A DNA stretch of 64,000 bases from Gammaproteobacteria bacterium (lineage in GTDB: Bacteria; Pseudomonadota; Gammaproteobacteria; Ga0077536): NCBI GenBank assembly GCA_024235015.1, contig JACKNG010000003.1, positions 472,397 through 536,396 on the forward strand, given 5' to 3'. The stretch's first letter is position 1; each line of letters begins with the position of its first letter. Shown piece by piece: positions 63,152-64,000 of the stretch. Position numbers and translations under genes: made by a program. A model generated the notes under the pieces. That model searched no databases and was not told where the DNA came from. It worked only from the letters and a program-made list of their open reading frames with translations.

Positions 63152-64000
63152 ATGACAACCACCGTGCTCTACGACGATCGCGTCACCGCGGTCGCCGGCG
63201 CCCGGGTCGCGGGCGATCACCTGTGGCTGGCGCCCGACGCGATGGCCGCCGCCACCGGCTGGAAGCTCGAGCCCCAGGGCCTGTGCCGCGGCGATGCCTG
63301 CGTGCGCACCGACGCCACCTGGGTCGACGCCGACGGCCACGTCGATCTCACCGCCTTCGCCACCCACATGGGCCAGCCCGTCGTCCACGACGGCGATGCC
63401 TGGGCCGTTGGCGAGTCGGCCGGTGTACGCCGCGACGCCCTGCTCTCGACCCAGGCCCCCGACTTCGAACTGCCCGATCTCGACGGCAAGCTGCACAAGC
63501 TGTCGGACTACCGTGGCAAGAAGGTCTACCTCTATTCCTGGGGCTCCTACTGAGGCTGCAGCTTTGACCTGCCCGTGTGGCAGGCAATCTACGAAGAACT
63601 GCGCGGCGCTGGACTTGAAATCATCGCCGTGGCCTTCGACGCAGCCGGTACCGCCGCGGTCGAAGCGAAAATCCGTTGCCCGGACATTGCCGAGCGGCCG
63701 ACCATGATCGCCGACCTCATGGGCTGGAGCCCGGAGCTGTGGGCGCAGCAGGCGCCGCCGACCTATCCCTGCCTCATCGACGAAACCCACCTCGTCGCCG
63801 AACTCTACGGCATGGTCAACGTGCCGCAGGGCGTGTGGATCGACGAGCAGGGACGCATCGTGCGCCCGGCCGAGTCGGCCGGCACCATCGACATGGTGCG
63901 GCACCTCAACCGCGAGACGCTGGAACTACCGGATGCGGCGGTGAAGGCAGGCGCCAGCGCCCGCATGGCCTACATCGACGCCCTGCGCGACTGGGTGAAG
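63152..64000 (+). CDS. Thioredoxin-fold (TlpA/redoxin-like) protein with in-frame TGA (63551-63553) at the redox-motif position: candidate selenocysteine-containing oxidoreductase; 3' end beyond window
   Basis: The ORF reads ...LHKLSDYRGKKVYLYSWGSY-TGA-GCSFDLPVWQAIYEELRGAGLEIIAVAFD...LIDETHLVAELYGMVNVPQGVWIDEQGRIVRPAE... in one frame with no further stop to the window end. The flanking sequence matches the TlpA/ResA/redoxin pattern (…L..y.GK.v.l.FWasWC.pC…v.ID..G.iv), and TGA falls where the first Cys of the redox motif is expected (W-G-S-Y-U-G-C). RBS GAGGAA before ATG 63152. Confidence 0.5.
63562..63588 (+). promoter_or_regulatory. Candidate bacterial SECIS-like hairpin downstream of the in-frame UGA (CCUGCC-CGUGU-GGCAGG, extendable with a bulged A)
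   Basis: Perfect 6-bp stem at 63568-63573 / 63579-63584 with a 5-nt loop containing GU. Stem begins 15 nt after the UGA. Lower extension cUUG(a)...CAAg. Confidence 0.3.

Overview
High-GC (about 70%) proteobacterial chromosomal segment that looks largely accessory. The six-frame ORF track is dominated by spurious antisense ORFs; genes were called from protein-family signatures read in the translations. Contents in order: (1) An OmpR-type response regulator with a truncated sensor kinase at the 5' edge, next to a TonB-dependent receptor. (2) A catabolic island: SnoaL-like protein, two SDRs, Zn-ADH, Baeyer-Villiger monooxygenase, luciferase-like (LLM) monooxygenase, a CHK/APH-fold phosphotransferase, an Nramp-like transporter, two Fe/2OG oxygenases, two GntR regulators, and a ferredoxin + Rieske oxygenase + meta-cleavage hydrolase + extradiol dioxygenase ring-cleavage module. 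(3) A PAS histidine kinase and a bifunctional glutathionylspermidine synthetase/amidase. (4) A canonical PEP-CTERM protein. (5) A complete pel exopolysaccharide locus (pelA to pelG, minus strand) with PelB split into separate TPR and porin ORFs, all genes translationally coupled by 4-nt overlaps, plus a detached GH114-like hydrolase and a single-domain response regulator beside it. (6) CoA-transferase, LysR regulator, VOC protein, PNPOx-FNR fusion. (7) An 1812-aa secreted beta-helical repeat protein carrying three nucleotide-identical 1197-bp tandem repeats and a PEP-CTERM-like tail. (8) A second redox cluster: Qor, PQQ/cytochrome c quinohemoprotein dehydrogenase, cupin, LLM oxidoreductase, hydrolase, a paralogous phosphotransferase, GMC oxidoreductase, two SDRs. 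(9) At the 3' edge, a thioredoxin-fold (TlpA/redoxin-like) ORF with an in-frame TGA at the redox-motif position followed by a hairpin, i.e. a candidate selenoprotein. Two dispersed palindromic repeat families share a GGGGACAG core, and TGTC-N(1-2)-GACA palindromes sit in the divergent promoters next to the GntR regulators. No rRNA, tRNA, CRISPR, transposase or integrase was recognised.
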